A DNA stretch of 64,000 nucleotides from an uncultured Gemmatimonadales bacterium (GCA_963823035.1 CAWGKG010000004.1:352001-416000); one strand, 5' to 3'. Shown: positions 21,087 to 31,319, counted from the stretch's first letter. Numbers and translations are program-made. The notes: generated by a model not told the origin, from the letters alone.

Positions 21087-21255
21087 CGCGGCGGCGCCGC
21101 GCCGAGGGAGGATCACGCTGAGCCGGGACCAGATCTGGCCCGCGCTCATCGTGCTGGGACTCGTGATCGTGTTGGCCGTGAACGCGGTGTTCATCTACAT
21201 CGCGGTGACCGGTGCGGACGAGGTGGTGCCGTCGTACGACTCGGGCCAGCGCTGA
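21076..21255 (+). CDS. Small single-TM protein, possibly a minimal CcoH/FixH-like factor
   Basis: IWPALIVLGLVIVLAVNAVFIYIAV...VVPSY resembles the FixH N-terminus; occupies the ccoH position. Confidence 0.65.
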   Translation: MTTDAAAPRRGRITLSRDQIWPALIVLGLVIVLAVNAVFIYIAVTGADEVVPSYDSGQR

Positions 21256-21264
21256 GGAGGCGCC

Positions 21265-21357
21265 ATGGATCCCCTACGCCTGCTCGCGGCCTGGATGCTC
21301 CTCTCGATGGTGGTCGGCCCCCTGGTCGGCGCACGACTCCGGCGTTGCAGCCGCTGA
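21265..21357 (+). CDS. 30-aa hydrophobic small protein (below the ORF-track cutoff)
   Basis: GAGGAGG RBS at 21254-21260; MDPLRLLAAWMLLSMVVGPLVGARLRRCSR*. Confidence 0.55.
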   Translation: MDPLRLLAAWMLLSMVVGPLVGARLRRCSR

Positions 21358-21406
21358 GGGCGGTCGAACCGTGCATCCCACGACTGCGGCTGCGTAGCTG
21401 ATCGCG

Positions 21407-23773
21407 ATGGGCGCCCCTCCCACGCCCCGCCCGCCGACGCCGGACGCCACGGAGGCGCGGGCGGAGAGCCGCGCGACCGACGGTCCCGTGACCTCGCGAT
21501 GCCCCCACTGCGGCACCGTGGTCGAGGGCCCGGACGACGCCTTCTGCTGCGCCGGCTGCGAGATGGCATACGCGATCATCCGCGGGGCCGGGCTCGACCG
21601 CTACTACGCCGAGCGCGAGGTGTTCGCGCCGCGCCCCGAGCCCCTCGCGGGAGGGTGGGACGCGCTCCCCGTGGAGCCCGCGGAGAACGGCCAGTGCGAG
21701 ATCCGCCTGGCCGTGGACGGGCTCCGCTGCGCGTCGTGCGTGTGGGTGGCCGAGAACGTGCTGCAGCGTACCGTCGGCGTGCACGAGGCGACCATCAGCT
21801 ACGCCACCGGGCGGGCCACGCTCCGGTGGGACCCCGCCCGGGTCCGGCTCGGCGACCTGGCCGGGCGCATCGCCGCGCTCGGGTACCGCCCCCGCCTTCT
21901 CGGCGAGGAGGCCAAGCCCGACCGCGACCTCCTGCTCCGGCTCGGTGTGGCCGCCTTCGCGGCCGCGAACGTGATGATGTACGCGGCGGCGCTGTACGCC
22001 GGGTGGTTCGGCGGGATGGAGGCGCGCTTCGTCGCGCTCTTCCAGTGGATGTCGCTCGCGCTGGCCACACCCGTCGCGCTGTGGAGCGCCGCCCCCTTCT
22101 TCGCCGGTGCGTGGGCGGGGCTCAGGAACCGCGTCCTGCACATGGACGTGCCCATCGCCCTCGCGGTGCTCGTGCTCTACGTGCAGGGCGTCGCGGGCAC
22201 CCTGCTCGGCGTGCATACGTACCTCGATTCGCTCACCATGCTGGTGGCGCTCCTCCTGGCCGGGCGCGTGCTCGAGTCGCGCGGACGACGCAGGGCGGCC
22301 GAGGCGGCCGTGACGCTCGCGGCGACCCTGCCCGCCACCGCGCGCCGGATGCGGAAGGGCGCCGTCGAGACCGTTGCGTCCGCCGAGCTGGCGCCCGGCG
22401 ACCGTGTGGTGTGCGGCGTGGGCGAGGAGCTGCCGGCGGACGGCGTGGTGGTGGAGGGCGAGGCTGCGCTGCGCGTCGCGCTCCTGACCGGCGAGTCCGC
22501 GCCCGTGTCCGTCGGTCAGGGCGACCGCGTGTGGGCAGGTACGCTCGTGGTGGACGGCAACCTCACGCTCGAGGTCACGGAGGCGGCGGAGGAGACCGTC
22601 CTGCACCGCATGGCCGAGGAGCTGAGGGCCGCGGCCGACCGCGGGACGCGCCCCTCGTCCACGGACCGCATCGCCCCCTGGTTCACCGGCGCGACGCTGG
22701 CCGTGGCCGCCGGCACGTTCGGGGTATGGCTCCTTGTGAGCGGCGTCGACGCGGCGCTGAGCGCCACCGTCGCCGTGCTCGTGGTGGCCTGCCCCTGCGC
22801 GCTCGCGCTCTCCCGCCCGCTGGCGGCGGCCGCCGGCCTGGGGGCCGCGGCGCGGCGGGGGCTGCTCTTCCGGTCCGCCGACGCGCTCCTCGAGCTGGCC
22901 GACGTCGACCTCGTGGCGCTCGACAAGACCGGCACGGTCACGGCCGGCGCGCTCGACGTGGTCGGTGCCGGCGACGACGACCTGCGCATCGCGGCCGGGC
23001 TCGAGCGCTACTCCCTGCATCCCGTGGCCGTCGCGGTGGTTCGCGAAGCCTCGGCGCGCGGCATCCCCCTGCCGATGGCGACGGACGTGCGCGAGGAGGT
23101 CGGGGTCGGCGTGTCCGGGAAGGTCGACGGACGCGTTTGGCGGATCCGGAGCGGTGGGGCGGGGGTGGTGGTGCTCGAGGGGGAGGACGGCCACCGCGGC
23201 CTCATCCGTCTCGGCGACTCCGTGCGGCCCGATTCCGAGGAGGCCGTGGCGCGTCTGCAGGCGTTGGGTGTGGACGTGGCGCTCCTGACCGGCGACCACT
23301 CGGAAGCCGCCGCCCGCATCGCAGCGGGCGCAGGGATCGAGGACGTGCACACGCGCGTCGGCCCGGAGGAGAAGGCCGCCTGGGTGCGGGCCCGCCGCGA
23401 CGAGGGAAGAAGGGTGCTGTTCGCCGGCGACGGCCTCAACGACGGCCCCGCGCTGGCCGTGGCCGACGTCGGCGTCGCGATGGGGAGCGGCGCGGCGTCC
23501 AGCATCCTCACGGCCGACGGCGTCCTGGTGGCCGGCTCGCTCCTGCCGCTGTCCACGGGCATCCACGCCAGCCGCGCCTGCCTGAAGGCGATCCGCTGGA
23601 ATCAGATCCGCTCGCTGGTGTACAACGTCACGGCCGTCACCGCGGCGGCGGCCGGGTGGGTGAACCCCCTGGTGGCCGCCGTCCTGATGCCCCTGTCCAG
23701 CGCGCTCGTGGTGTGGGGCGCGTCGCGCGTCGAGGCCGGCGTGCGCCGCGCCGAGGAGAACGTGGCGGCATGA
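21407..23773 (+). CDS. ccoI: Heavy-metal P1B-type ATPase (CcoI/FixI)
   Basis: CPHC...FCCAGC N-terminal domain, CASC HMA motif, TGES, CPCAL, DKTGT, GDGLND, YN and MPLSS. Confidence 0.95.
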   Translation: MGAPPTPRPPTPDATEARAESRATDGPVTSRCPHCGTVVEGPDDAFCCAGCEMAYAIIRGAGLDRYYAEREVFAPRPEPLAGGWDALPVEPAENGQCEIRLAVDGLRCASCVWVAENVLQRTVGVHEATISYATGRATLRWDPARVRLGDLAGRIAALGYRPRLLGEEAKPDRDLLLRLGVAAFAAANVMMYAAALYAGWFGGMEARFVALFQWMSLALATPVALWSAAPFFAGAWAGLRNRVLHMDVPIALAVLVLYVQGVAGTLLGVHTYLDSLTMLVALLLAGRVLESRGRRRAAEAAVTLAATLPATARRMRKGAVETVASAELAPGDRVVCGVGEELPADGVVVEGEAALRVALLTGESAPVSVGQGDRVWAGTLVVDGNLTLEVTEAAEETVLHRMAEELRAAADRGTRPSSTDRIAPWFTGATLAVAAGTFGVWLLVSGVDAALSATVAVLVVACPCALALSRPLAAAAGLGAAARRGLLFRSADALLELADVDLVALDKTGTVTAGALDVVGAGDDDLRIAAGLERYSLHPVAVAVVREASARGIPLPMATDVREEVGVGVSGKVDGRVWRIRSGGAGVVVLEGEDGHRGLIRLGDSVRPDSEEAVARLQALGVDVALLTGDHSEAAARIAAGAGIEDVHTRVGPEEKAAWVRARRDEGRRVLFAGDGLNDGPALAVADVGVAMGSGAASSILTADGVLVAGSLLPLSTGIHASRACLKAIRWNQIRSLVYNVTAVTAAAAGWVNPLVAAVLMPLSSALVVWGASRVEAGVRRAEENVAA

Positions 23774-23907
23774 ACTCGATCTTCTTCCTGGTGCCCGTTG
23801 CGGTCGCGCTCGCCGGCGTGTTCCTGTTCCTCTTCCTCAGGGCGGTGCGGGACGGGCAGTTCGACGACCTCGACGATCCGCCGAAGAGGATCCTGAAGGA
23901 CGACTGA
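23770..23907 (+). CDS. ccoS: cbb3 oxidase maturation protein CcoS/FixS
   Basis: MNSIFFLVPVAV...AVRDGQFDDLDDPPKRIL. Confidence 0.93.
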   Translation: MNSIFFLVPVAVALAGVFLFLFLRAVRDGQFDDLDDPPKRILKDD

Positions 23908-24086
23908 GGCGGGCTCCGGCAGCCCAGTCCTGTCGTCCGTCGGTCATCACGCCATGGCATCGATCGAAGATCTGAGAGCTACCGGGGCATCGGCTTCAGG
24001 TTGACGTCCCATCCCCACCCGCCCTGTTTGACGTGGGTGCACCCGCGGCCGGCTACCCAGGTCGCACACACAGGGACTTGCATGCC

Positions 24087-24845
24087 GTGAACGAGACCGC
24101 CCGCTTCGCCCTCATTCTGCGCGACCGCGCGTCGTACGACCCGATGGTGCTCGCCAAGGCACTGGCCGCAGCTCGCGAGACGCCGGTTCAGGATCAGGTG
24201 CTTGCCGCGAAGGCTGCGTGGGGGATCGTGGCGGAGGATCTGTCGGAGCCGGAGGCGAGGGCACTCGCGGAGGCCCTGCGGTCATCGGGTGTCGCGTGCG
24301 GTGTGGGCCCGACGGCCGCGTTGGCCGCACTTCCCGCGGTGGAACCTGCCGGGACGCTCGATGCGCTGCCGGCCGCTCAACCCGTGCTCATCGCGGTGGC
24401 CGGCATCACGGTCAACACGACGACGACCAGGACCGAGAAGAAAGGGCCCAGTGGAGGCCAGAAGCTCGCGAGCACGGCCATCATGATGACCACGGGGCTG
24501 CCCATCAAGATCGGAGGCCGGAAGCGGTCGGTGGAGAAGAAGCATGAAGAGCAAAGCCTCGCCTTCTATGCGGACCTGTACTACGAGGACCCCTCCAGGC
24601 GGTTGCAGATCGACAGCTCGCGCTTCGACTTCTCGTGCCTGGGGCCGCGCATGCTCTACCAGGCTCAGGGGAACCTGAAGCTCCTGATCGGCGACCTCGT
24701 TCAAGCTGCACCGGAAGCCGGGACGAATCACGGGACGCGGGTTCTTCTGGAAGGGAGACCCATCCGCACGATGGGCTACCGATCCCTGGAGGACCTGGAA
24801 CGGGAAGCGCGCTGGCTCCTCACGTTGTGCGCGTTCGGGAAGTGA
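24087..24845 (+). CDS. Hypothetical protein
   Basis: Open frame with globular composition; no family recognised; start uncertain. Confidence 0.6.
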   Translation: MNETARFALILRDRASYDPMVLAKALAAARETPVQDQVLAAKAAWGIVAEDLSEPEARALAEALRSSGVACGVGPTAALAALPAVEPAGTLDALPAAQPVLIAVAGITVNTTTTRTEKKGPSGGQKLASTAIMMTTGLPIKIGGRKRSVEKKHEEQSLAFYADLYYEDPSRRLQIDSSRFDFSCLGPRMLYQAQGNLKLLIGDLVQAAPEAGTNHGTRVLLEGRPIRTMGYRSLEDLEREARWLLTLCAFGK

Positions 24846-24865
24846 GGCGGAGCCACCTGCCGAGG

Positions 24866-25639
24866 GTGAAGCCCATCTACGAGCACATCGGTGCCGCCTA
24901 TCGCAGAGTGCGACGAGAGGATCCACGCCTGGCACGCGTGATCCTCGACGCTCTGGGCGATGGGGACAGCGTCGCCAACGTCGGCGCGGGAACGGGGTCG
25001 TACGAGCCCAGGGACCGGCTCGTCGTGGCGGTCGAGCCCTCGATCACGATGCTCCGGGAGAGGCCGCAGGCGGGAGCCTTCGCGGTGCGGGCCGCGGCGG
25101 GGGCGCTCCCCCTCCGCGATGGCTCGGTCTCCGCCTCGCTCGCCGTTCTCACGGTCCATCATTGGGCGAACCAGGATGCGGGACTGGCCGAGCTGTGCCG
25201 CGTGGCGCGGGAGCGGGTGGTGATCGTCACCTGGGACCCGGAGAGCACGGGGTTCTGGCTCACCGCGGACTACTTCCCGGAATTCGTCGCAACGGATCGT
25301 GGGAGATTCCCGACCCTCGCATCCCTCTCCGCGCACCTGCAGGACGCGAAGGTGATCGCGCTTCCGATCCCCCACGACTGCCAGGACGGCTTCCTGGGTG
25401 CGTATTGGCGTCGACCGGGCGCGTACCTCGACGCGAGCGTCCGGGGCGGCATCTCCAGCTTCGCTCGTTGTCGCGACCTGTCGCCGTTGCGGCGGCTCGA
25501 GCGGGATCTGGAGGCCGGTACGTGGGAGGCGCGGTACGGCGCGACGCTGCCGGCCGAGGAGCTGGACCTGGGCTACCGCGTGGTTGTCGGCCGCCCGCGT
25601 CGGGCACGGCCCTCGGGATCTCCGTCGACGGGGGTGTGA
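24866..25639 (+). CDS. Class I SAM-dependent methyltransferase
   Basis: VANVGAGTGSYEP, AVLTVHHW, IPHDCQDGFLGAYWRRP. Confidence 0.9.
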   Translation: MKPIYEHIGAAYRRVRREDPRLARVILDALGDGDSVANVGAGTGSYEPRDRLVVAVEPSITMLRERPQAGAFAVRAAAGALPLRDGSVSASLAVLTVHHWANQDAGLAELCRVARERVVIVTWDPESTGFWLTADYFPEFVATDRGRFPTLASLSAHLQDAKVIALPIPHDCQDGFLGAYWRRPGAYLDASVRGGISSFARCRDLSPLRRLERDLEAGTWEARYGATLPAEELDLGYRVVVGRPRRARPSGSPSTGV

Positions 25640-25709
25640 CACCCGGCCCGTCGCCCCCGGCCCGACCCGCTCGTATCTTGACGGCTCCCCTGACCACGAG
25701 AGCCGGACC

Positions 25710-28700
25710 GTGTCCACGATCGCCATCTTCCGCACCCGCCGACGCTGCGCGCGCCCGCGCTTCCCCACCGTTTCCGCGATCCTCGCGGCCTTCATCCTCC
25801 TGCCGACCACCGCGTCGTCCACGCCGGCGCACGCGACCGCGGGCCCGACGCCCCGGGGCGCCCCGTCCCGCCCCGACTCGGCCGGGAAGGTCCTCACGCC
25901 GGACGACTATGCGCGCTGGCGGACCATCGGAGACGAGACCATCTCCAGCGACGGGCGCTGGGTGACGTACGTCTACCGCTTCACCAACGTCGCCGACAAG
26001 GACGAGAAGCCCGAGCTGCACGTCCTGAACCTCGACACGAACGTGGACGTGGCCATCGCGGGCGCGTCGGGCGGCAGCTTCTCTCCCGACGCGCGCTGGA
26101 TCGCCTACCAGGTGGATTCGATGCCGCCGCGGAGCGGCCGCGGAAGTGGGGACGCCGGGGAGTCGGAGGCGTCGGGAGCCACGGGAGGCCGCGGGCGCGG
26201 CTCGGGCTCCTCCACGCTGCACCGCGTGGAGCTGCGGGAGCTGGCTACCGGCAAGACGCAAACTTGGCACGACATGCGGTCCGCGACGTTCAACCGGACG
26301 TCGACGCACGTGCTCGTTCGCGACCGACCGGCGGCCGGCGCGGGTGGGTCCGGGCGCGGCGGCTTCGGGGGCGGACGGGGTGGTGGCGGCGCCGAGGCCC
26401 CCGCTCGGGGCTCCGACGCCATCCTCTACGACCTGACCACGGGGCGCAGCCTGCTCCTGGGGAGCGCGGGCGACGCCGGGTTCAACCGGTCGGGCGACCT
26501 GCTCGCCTACACCGTCGACGCCGAGGCGCGCGACGGGAACGGGCTGTTCGTGATCGACCTCGCCTCGGGCAGCACGCGCGCCCTGGACAACGACGCACGC
26601 ACCTACGCCCGCCTGGCCTGGAACGACGCCGGCACGGGGGTGGCGGCGCTCAAGGGCCGGGAAGTCCCGAAGATGAGGGAGCGCGACAACGTGCTCCTGG
26701 TGGTGCCGGACGTGCGCACCGCCCTGGAGGACGCGAAGCGCGCGCCGGTGACGCTGGACACCACGACGTCGGGCTTTCCCGGCGGTTGGGTGATCAGCGA
26801 GCGGGCGGCGCTGAGCTGGAGCGAGGACGGCGCGCGGGTGTTCCTCGGGGCCATGCCGCAGACCCCCGCCGGCGACACGGTTCGGGTGGAGAGCTCGGAT
26901 TCCACCACCGACGTGGACATCTGGCGGACCGCGGACCGCAACATCCAGTCGGAGCAGATGGCCCGCGCGGCGCGCGACCGGAACTTCACCTATACACAGG
27001 CGTTCGACGTCGCCCGCGGGGCCTACGTGGCCCTCACCGACTCCACGATGCGAGACCTGGAGATCTCGACGGACGGGCGGTGGGCCGTGGGGCGCGACGA
27101 CCGCGCCTACATCTCCGACTGGAAGCCCGACCGCGCGGACTTCTACCGCGTGAATACGGCGACCGGCGCCCGCACGCTCATGTTCCGGGGGCACCTCACC
27201 CAGGGGTCCGCGTTCGGCATCTCGCCGGACGGCCGGAAGTACCTCACCTGGCAGGACGAAGTGTTCCAGGCGTACGACCTCGACCAAGGCACGACGATCA
27301 CGCTGGGCGCCGGTGCGCCCGCGCTCACGGACACCACGTACGACCATCCGGGACCCAGGCCGCCGTGGGGCGTCGAGGGCTTCACGAGCGACGGCAGGAG
27401 CATCATCGTCGAGGACCGCTACGACCTGTGGACGCTCCCGCTCGATGGCAGCACGGCCGCGCGGAACGTCACGGACGGCTTCGGCGCGAAGAACCGGACG
27501 GCTCTGCGGCTGGTGCGCCCGGAGCCGATCGACCCGATGGCGAGCCGACGCGCGCGCACGGGGCGCGAATACGACCTGTCCCGGCCGGTGACGCTGTCCG
27601 CGTTCGGCGAGCTGACGAAGAAGGGGGGCTTCTATCGGCTGGCGAAGGGTCGGCTCGACGAGGTGGTCTACGATGACGCGATGTACGCCACCCCGGACAA
27701 GGCCGCCAAGGCCGACCGCTTCCTCTTCACGCGGCAGACGTTCACCGAGTCGCCGGATCTGCGCGTCTCGGGGCCGGACTTCGGAAGCGCGAAGCGCGTC
27801 ACGGATGCGAACCCGCAACACGCCGAATACCGCTGGGGCCACTCCGTCCTCTTCGACTTCACCGACCGCTACGGCCACCCGCTCCAGGGTCTGATCTGGC
27901 TGCCCGACGACTACCGGGCCGGCGAGAAGCGGCCGGCGCTCGTCACCTTCTACGAGAAGCAGACCCAGATCCAGAACCGCTACCCGATGCCCGAGCTGTT
28001 CGTCAGCATGGGCCGCCCGACCATCGAGGCCGTGAGCCGCGGCTACGTCGTGGTGATCCCCGACATCTGGTACAACACGGGTTCGTCCCACGACGACCAG
28101 TTGGACTGCGTGGAAGCGGCCACGCGGAAGGCCATCGAGATGGGCTACGTCGACCCGGAGCACATCGGCCTCCACGGCCACAGCTATGGCGGGGAGGGGG
28201 CGGCCTACATCGGCACGAAGTCCCGGCTCTTCGCGGCGGTGGGTGAGGGCTCGGGCGTCACGGACCTCTACACCGACTTCAGCCAGGAGTGGGGCTGGTC
28301 GTACCAGAACAGCGGAGGCTCGGGCCAGAACGGCAACCAGTACTACATCTACGGGCAGGGCCGCTGGGGCGCGTCGCCCTGGGAGAAGCCGGACGTGTAC
28401 CGCGAGGAGTCCGCGCTGACGCACGCCGCCGAGGCGACGCAGCCCATCCTCATCATGCACGGCACGGCGGATCCGACGGTGGCGTTCAACGAGAGCCTCA
28501 AGTTCTTCAACGCGCTCCGCTTCAACGGGAAGGACGCCATCCTGCTGGCCTATCCGGGAGAGGGGCACCACCTGGCCAAGCTGGGGAACAGGAAGGACTT
28601 CACGGTGCGCTTCTTCGAGTTCTTCGACCACTGGCTCAAGGGCGCGCTGGCGCCGAAGTGGATGACGGACGGGGTGCCGTTCCTGAAGAAGTCCGTGGTG

Positions 28701-28727
28701 GAGGATTCGGGATCGGCCGGGCGCTAG
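25710..28727 (+). CDS. S9-family (prolyl oligopeptidase-like) exported serine peptidase
   Basis: Beta-propeller N-terminus; GLHGHSYGG nucleophile, MHGTADPTV, YPGEGHHL. Confidence 0.93.
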   Translation: MSTIAIFRTRRRCARPRFPTVSAILAAFILLPTTASSTPAHATAGPTPRGAPSRPDSAGKVLTPDDYARWRTIGDETISSDGRWVTYVYRFTNVADKDEKPELHVLNLDTNVDVAIAGASGGSFSPDARWIAYQVDSMPPRSGRGSGDAGESEASGATGGRGRGSGSSTLHRVELRELATGKTQTWHDMRSATFNRTSTHVLVRDRPAAGAGGSGRGGFGGGRGGGGAEAPARGSDAILYDLTTGRSLLLGSAGDAGFNRSGDLLAYTVDAEARDGNGLFVIDLASGSTRALDNDARTYARLAWNDAGTGVAALKGREVPKMRERDNVLLVVPDVRTALEDAKRAPVTLDTTTSGFPGGWVISERAALSWSEDGARVFLGAMPQTPAGDTVRVESSDSTTDVDIWRTADRNIQSEQMARAARDRNFTYTQAFDVARGAYVALTDSTMRDLEISTDGRWAVGRDDRAYISDWKPDRADFYRVNTATGARTLMFRGHLTQGSAFGISPDGRKYLTWQDEVFQAYDLDQGTTITLGAGAPALTDTTYDHPGPRPPWGVEGFTSDGRSIIVEDRYDLWTLPLDGSTAARNVTDGFGAKNRTALRLVRPEPIDPMASRRARTGREYDLSRPVTLSAFGELTKKGGFYRLAKGRLDEVVYDDAMYATPDKAAKADRFLFTRQTFTESPDLRVSGPDFGSAKRVTDANPQHAEYRWGHSVLFDFTDRYGHPLQGLIWLPDDYRAGEKRPALVTFYEKQTQIQNRYPMPELFVSMGRPTIEAVSRGYVVVIPDIWYNTGSSHDDQLDCVEAATRKAIEMGYVDPEHIGLHGHSYGGEGAAYIGTKSRLFAAVGEGSGVTDLYTDFSQEWGWSYQNSGGSGQNGNQYYIYGQGRWGASPWEKPDVYREESALTHAAEATQPILIMHGTADPTVAFNESLKFFNALRFNGKDAILLAYPGEGHHLAKLGNRKDFTVRFFEFFDHWLKGALAPKWMTDGVPFLKKSVVEDSGSAGR

Positions 28728-28748
28728 AAGGCCGGGGACTCCCGCGCG

Positions 28749-29933
28749 CTAGGGAAGCGTCTCGATGGCCCGCGCGGCGTCCGCGCGTCGCGAGAGTCGA
28801 GCGGCCTTCCCCTGGAACACGCGGCCGGATCCGCCCCCGCGTCCCTCCAGCAGCTCGGCCACCCGGCGACCCGCCTCCGCCACGTCGAGTCCGGCTTCTT
28901 CGCCGGCGGCGAGGAGGAACGCGCCCTCCTCCCCCTCGCCTGCGGTGAGGAAGACGACACGATCGGGCGCCCGACGGCCGACCTCGCGGGCGACGCGTTG
29001 CAGGAACGGGAGGTCGCGCTCGGACCAGTGAGCGACCAGGAGGCGTCCGGGCCCGGACGCCAGCGCGGCCGCCGAGGCGTCGGCGAGCTCCTCGTGAAGC
29101 CCGCGGAGCGCGCGCTCGGCGTCCTTCAGCCGCAAGAGCTTCGCCTCGAGCCTGGCCAGCAGCGCCTCGTCCGACGTGCCGAGGACCTCGCGGAGCCGGG
29201 CGTTCCTGCGATGGTGGACGTCGTGCAGCTCGCGGAGCCGCCTGCCGGCCGCCCAGTGGAGGCGCGTGCCGCCGCGCATGCTCTCGGTACCGAGCAGCTT
29301 GAGCGCCTCGATCTCGGCCGTGGAGGCGCAATGCGTCCCGCCGCAGGTGTTCAGATCGATCCCCTCGATCTCGACGAGCCGGACGTCGCCGTGGTGCCCC
29401 TCGGGCAGGCCCCGCGACCGGACGGGGAGGCCGGCGTACTCCTCCGGGCTCACGCGGCGGGCCGTGACGGGCCTGGCCGCGCGGATCTCCGCGGCCACGG
29501 CCTCCTCCAGCTCGGCCACCCGCGGGGCATCGAGGTCGGCCGTGTCCAGCTCGATGTCGGACGTCCGTTCCCCGAGGTGGAAGGCCGTGGTGTGCCACCC
29601 GAAGCGCTGGTCGGCGACGGCCGTGAGAAGATGCTGGGCGGTGTGCTGCTGCATGTGGTCGAAGCGGCGAGCCCAGTCCAGCGCCACGCTCACCCGGCCC
29701 GAAGGAGGAGGGCCCGCCAGGAAGTGGCGGATCACGCCGTCCACCTTGCGGACGTCGACGACCGGGACGTCTCCCACGGTTCCCCGATCCGACGGCTGGC
29801 CGCCCCCTTCGGGGAAGAGGAGGGTGTCGGCCAGGACCACGAAGGGGCGGCCCTCCTGCTCCCCGACCATGACTACCTCCGTGTCGAGGCGCGTGAGCCT
29901 GGGGTCACGTTCGTAGGCGTAGGTGAGGGGCAC
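28749..29933 (-). CDS. Alanyl-tRNA editing protein (AlaX-like with DHHA1 domain)
   Basis: FPEGGGQPSDRG, HMQQHTAQHLL, CGGTH, GRGGG. Confidence 0.92.
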   Translation of the reverse strand: MPLTYAYERDPRLTRLDTEVVMVGEQEGRPFVVLADTLLFPEGGGQPSDRGTVGDVPVVDVRKVDGVIRHFLAGPPPSGRVSVALDWARRFDHMQQHTAQHLLTAVADQRFGWHTTAFHLGERTSDIELDTADLDAPRVAELEEAVAAEIRAARPVTARRVSPEEYAGLPVRSRGLPEGHHGDVRLVEIEGIDLNTCGGTHCASTAEIEALKLLGTESMRGGTRLHWAAGRRLRELHDVHHRRNARLREVLGTSDEALLARLEAKLLRLKDAERALRGLHEELADASAAALASGPGRLLVAHWSERDLPFLQRVAREVGRRAPDRVVFLTAGEGEEGAFLLAAGEEAGLDVAEAGRRVAELLEGRGGGSGRVFQGKAARLSRRADAARAIETLP

Positions 29934-30073
29934 GTCGGCTTCCGCGAGTGAGGGATTCGTCGATCCACCGGGAGAAGGAGGCCGGAATGTGGTCAGCGGC
30001 GTCCCGCCGTGCCATGATGTGCACGTGACTCCTGTCGGCTCAACCGGGGCGATCGCCCAAGAGGATCTGAACG

Positions 30074-31240
30074 ATGAAGAGTAGACGTGAGTTCCTCGCG
30101 GCCTCGGCCGCGGCGGGTCTGGGGCTGAGCCTGGGCTGCCGACCGGACGTTTCCGGCGACGCGCCGGCAGCCCGGTCTGCATCGGACGCGGAGGGGGGGA
30201 CGGTCGCGCGCGCTCCCCGCGCCCTGAGCATTCTGATGCTCGGCGGCACCGGTTTCCTCGGCCCGGCAGAGGTGGAGTACGCCCTCGCGCGCGGCCACTC
30301 GGTGACGCTGTTCAACCGCGGCCGCACGAACCCGCAGCTCTTCCCCGACACCGAGAAGCTGGTGGGGGACCGCGCGGAAGGAGACCTGGCGGCACTGCAG
30401 GGGCGGACATGGGACGCGGTGCTCGACACCTCCGCCAACGTGGCGACTTGGGTGCGTGACTCCTCGGCCGCGCTGAAGGACTCGGTGGGACGCTATCTGT
30501 TCGTCTCGAGCATCTCGGCGCACACCGACAACAGCACGCTGGGGCAGAAGGAGGATGGTCCTGTCTTCAGCACCGCCGACTACGAGGACGTGGTCCGGAG
30601 AAACGCCGGCATGGGCGAGGCGTTCGGGCCGAACAAGGCGGAGGCCGAGCGCATCGTGCACGCCACCTTCGGCGAGCGGGGGTTGGTCGTGCGCCCGGGC
30701 CTGATCGTGGGCCCCAGGGACAGAAGCGACCGCTTCACGTACTGGCCGGTGCGCATCGACCGTGGCGGCGAAGTCCTGGCCCCGGGCGACGGCACGGATC
30801 GGGTGCAGATCGTGGACGTCCGCGACCTGGGCCGGTTCCTGGTGCACCTGGTGGAGGAGCAGGCGTCGGGCACGTACAACGCCGTGGGACCGCGCGCCCC
30901 GATGACGATGGCCGAGATGCTCGACGGCATCCGGGCCGTGACCCCGTCGGACGCCTCGCTCACCTGGGTGGCCGCCGACTTCCTGCGCGAACAGGAGGTG
31001 GGCGCGTGGATGGAGATGCCCGTGTGGGTCTACCCGGGTCCGGACACCCGCGGGTTCATGGACTGGGACTGCTCGAAGGCGATCGCGGCCGGGCTCGAGT
31101 TCCGTCCGCTGGCCGACACCGCCCGCGACACGCTCGCGTGGTGGAAGGCTCGCGGCCCCGACGCGCCGGCCCTCCGGACCGGCCTCGCACCGGAAAAGGA
31201 GGCCCGCATCCTGGCGGCGTGGAAGGCGCGGAGTGGATGA
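30074..31240 (+). CDS. NAD-dependent epimerase/dehydratase (SDR) with a Tat lipoprotein signal
   Basis: SRREFL twin-arginine motif and LGC lipobox; LGGTGFLG, FNRGRT, RPGLIVGP, RFTYW. Confidence 0.88.
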   Translation: MKSRREFLAASAAAGLGLSLGCRPDVSGDAPAARSASDAEGGTVARAPRALSILMLGGTGFLGPAEVEYALARGHSVTLFNRGRTNPQLFPDTEKLVGDRAEGDLAALQGRTWDAVLDTSANVATWVRDSSAALKDSVGRYLFVSSISAHTDNSTLGQKEDGPVFSTADYEDVVRRNAGMGEAFGPNKAEAERIVHATFGERGLVVRPGLIVGPRDRSDRFTYWPVRIDRGGEVLAPGDGTDRVQIVDVRDLGRFLVHLVEEQASGTYNAVGPRAPMTMAEMLDGIRAVTPSDASLTWVAADFLREQEVGAWMEMPVWVYPGPDTRGFMDWDCSKAIAAGLEFRPLADTARDTLAWWKARGPDAPALRTGLAPEKEARILAAWKARSG

Positions 31241-31319
31241 GCCCCACCCTGTAGTGCCCGGAGGACCCAGGTCGGGAGCCGGTGGAGTGACCGATGATCG
31301 ATCGGGCACGCGCGCCCCC

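Noticed and set aside
26330..26400. G-rich tract in the S9 peptidase gene
   Set aside because: Explained by a Gly-rich linker (GRGGFGGGRGGGG); no evidence for a separate DNA element
25260..28631. 1123-aa minus-strand ORF and many similar long overlapping ORFs
   Set aside because: Antisense or alternate-frame shadows of real genes, expected at very high GC; Arg/Pro/Gly-rich or motif-free
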